A stretch of DNA of 54,515 nucleotides, the filler included, from Bipalium vagum (Eukaryota), in NCBI GenBank assembly GCA_037834085.1. It is 3 parts of 3 records of this genome, joined end to end, with 100 filler letters (N's around TTAATTAATTAA, not from the genome) between each part and the next. Parts side by side here need not be neighbours in the genome. Positions count along the whole stretch, not along the records: positions 38,497 to 54,515 come from JBBMKC010131947.1; 2 more parts are not named here. One strand, 5' to 3'. The translations under genes were made by a program, and so were the position numbers. Within the stretch, counting starts at the first letter, position 1; each line of letters starts with the position of its first letter. The notes beneath the pieces are model-generated. The model saw only the letters and a list, made by a program, of their open reading frames with translations, made no database searches and was not told where the DNA came from. Shown here one piece after another: positions 53,205 through 54,515 of this stretch.

Positions 53205-54350
53205 CACTGCCCTGTCAAAAGTCTTCGGTCACTTAGTAAATATCTCGAAAATATAAATATGATTTTTGCTTGCCTACTTTTTATTCTACTTTGAAGATTG
53301 AATAATCTACTTTTAGAGATTTTAAATTATCTATCAATATGCGTATAGAATTAAATTTATTTGAACGAGGAAAAATTATTGGATGTCACATGTGTGGAAA
53401 ATCTACCAGAGAAATATCAAAGATTACTGGCCATCCACACTCAACTATTCAGTCTTTTCTACTGAAGGACAATCGAGAAGGTACTATTCAGTCAAATTCA
53501 AGAAGTGGAAGGTCGCCATTGTTGAAAGACTTAGATCAACGACAATTGGTAAGGATTGTTAAAAGAAATCGACGCACGTCACTACTATAGATCACAATAA
53601 ATTACAACGCTAGTGCTGAACATCCTGCTAGTGTCAGGATTATACAACGCAATCTTCATAAACTTGGATTTCGTGGTCGAGCAGGTATTAGAAAGCCCTG
53701 TATAACTGAAAAGAATAGAAAGCGACGCTTTAAATGGTGTAAGGAGAGACAAACAATAGCGCGTTGGAACAATAGCGCAGAGTGATGAGTCACGTTTCAT
53801 TTTATTTCAAAGCGATGAAAGAATTAGGGTGTGGAGGAGAGATAATGAGAAATATGTAGTTGAGTGCCGGCTGCCAATTGTTAAACATTCGGGTGGATCA
53901 GTTATGTTCTGGGATTGCAGTGCTGCAAATAACCTTGGTTCTTTGGTAAAATGTAGTAACTCCATGAAATCTGCAGAATACAAAGCCATCCTTAATTCAA
54001 ATATTTTACCTTTTATAGATAATTTGGTAGAACCAATTTTCCAACATGACCTTTAACCTGTACGTAACGCTAGAATCATTGAAACATACTTGTTGGAATC
54101 CAACATTTCAACCATTCAGTGGATACCGCAAAGTCCAGATCTTAACCTCATTGAATGGCTTTGGGATGAGATGGAAAGGCGGATTCGACGAAAACTTACA
54201 AAGCCTCTCTAGTTGATTTGGAACAATTAGTTTTGGAAGAATGGCAAAAATTACTCTCAAACACTCTGAAAAAGATAGTGAATAGTATGCCTCACAGAGT
54301 AAAAGCTGTCATTAGGCAAAAGGTTATTCTACACCATATCAAATATTATT
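53205..54350 (+). mobile_element. Near-complete Tc1 (DD34E) transposon, pseudogenised
   Basis: TA+CACTGCCCTGTCAAAAG 5' TIR; ORF from 53339 with paired-like HTH and RSGRS; SDESRF; VKHSGGSVMFW; FQHD-(34 aa counted)-E; SMPHRVKAVI. In-frame stops at 53588 and 54054 plus frameshifts. 3' TIR not seen. Confidence 0.93.
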
Positions 54351-54443
54351 TTATGTACTATTATATAAATCGACAGATTTTAATATTTTATTATTTGTTA
54401 TTAAAATTCAGAGTTACGAAAAATTGAGTTTGAAGGATGTTTC

Positions 54444-54515
<72 letters not shown>
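54444..54515. repeat. (AAT)n microsatellite at the window end
   Basis: Read directly. Confidence 0.98.

Overview
This is AT-rich eukaryotic (metazoan) genomic DNA, not prokaryotic. Short 54-63 nt GT-AG introns, (TAA)n microsatellites and many decayed Tc1/mariner elements suggest a triclad flatworm such as a planarian; this taxonomy is inference only. The window consists of four contigs joined by two artificial 100-bp spacers (44 N + TTAATTAATTAA + 44 N) and one 189-N gap. Splicing by hand reveals genes that the ORF track largely misses: (1) the 3' end of a P2X purinergic receptor (+, 165-4248); (2) a six-exon, roughly 107-aa uncharacterised gene (-, 7086-8173) with a one-base frame discontinuity; (3) an AKNA/AKNAD1-like coiled-coil gene (+, 8796-17915 and beyond), head-to-head with gene 2; (4) possible claudin/PMP22-like exons (-, about 36.2-38.1 kb); (5) the TPR-encoding 3' half of kinesin light chain (+, 38637-42295). 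Much of the remainder is dead DNA transposons: mariner DD34D, maT DD37D, rosa-like DD41D, Tc1 DD34E and pogo-like. No rRNA, tRNA or CRISPR array was seen.
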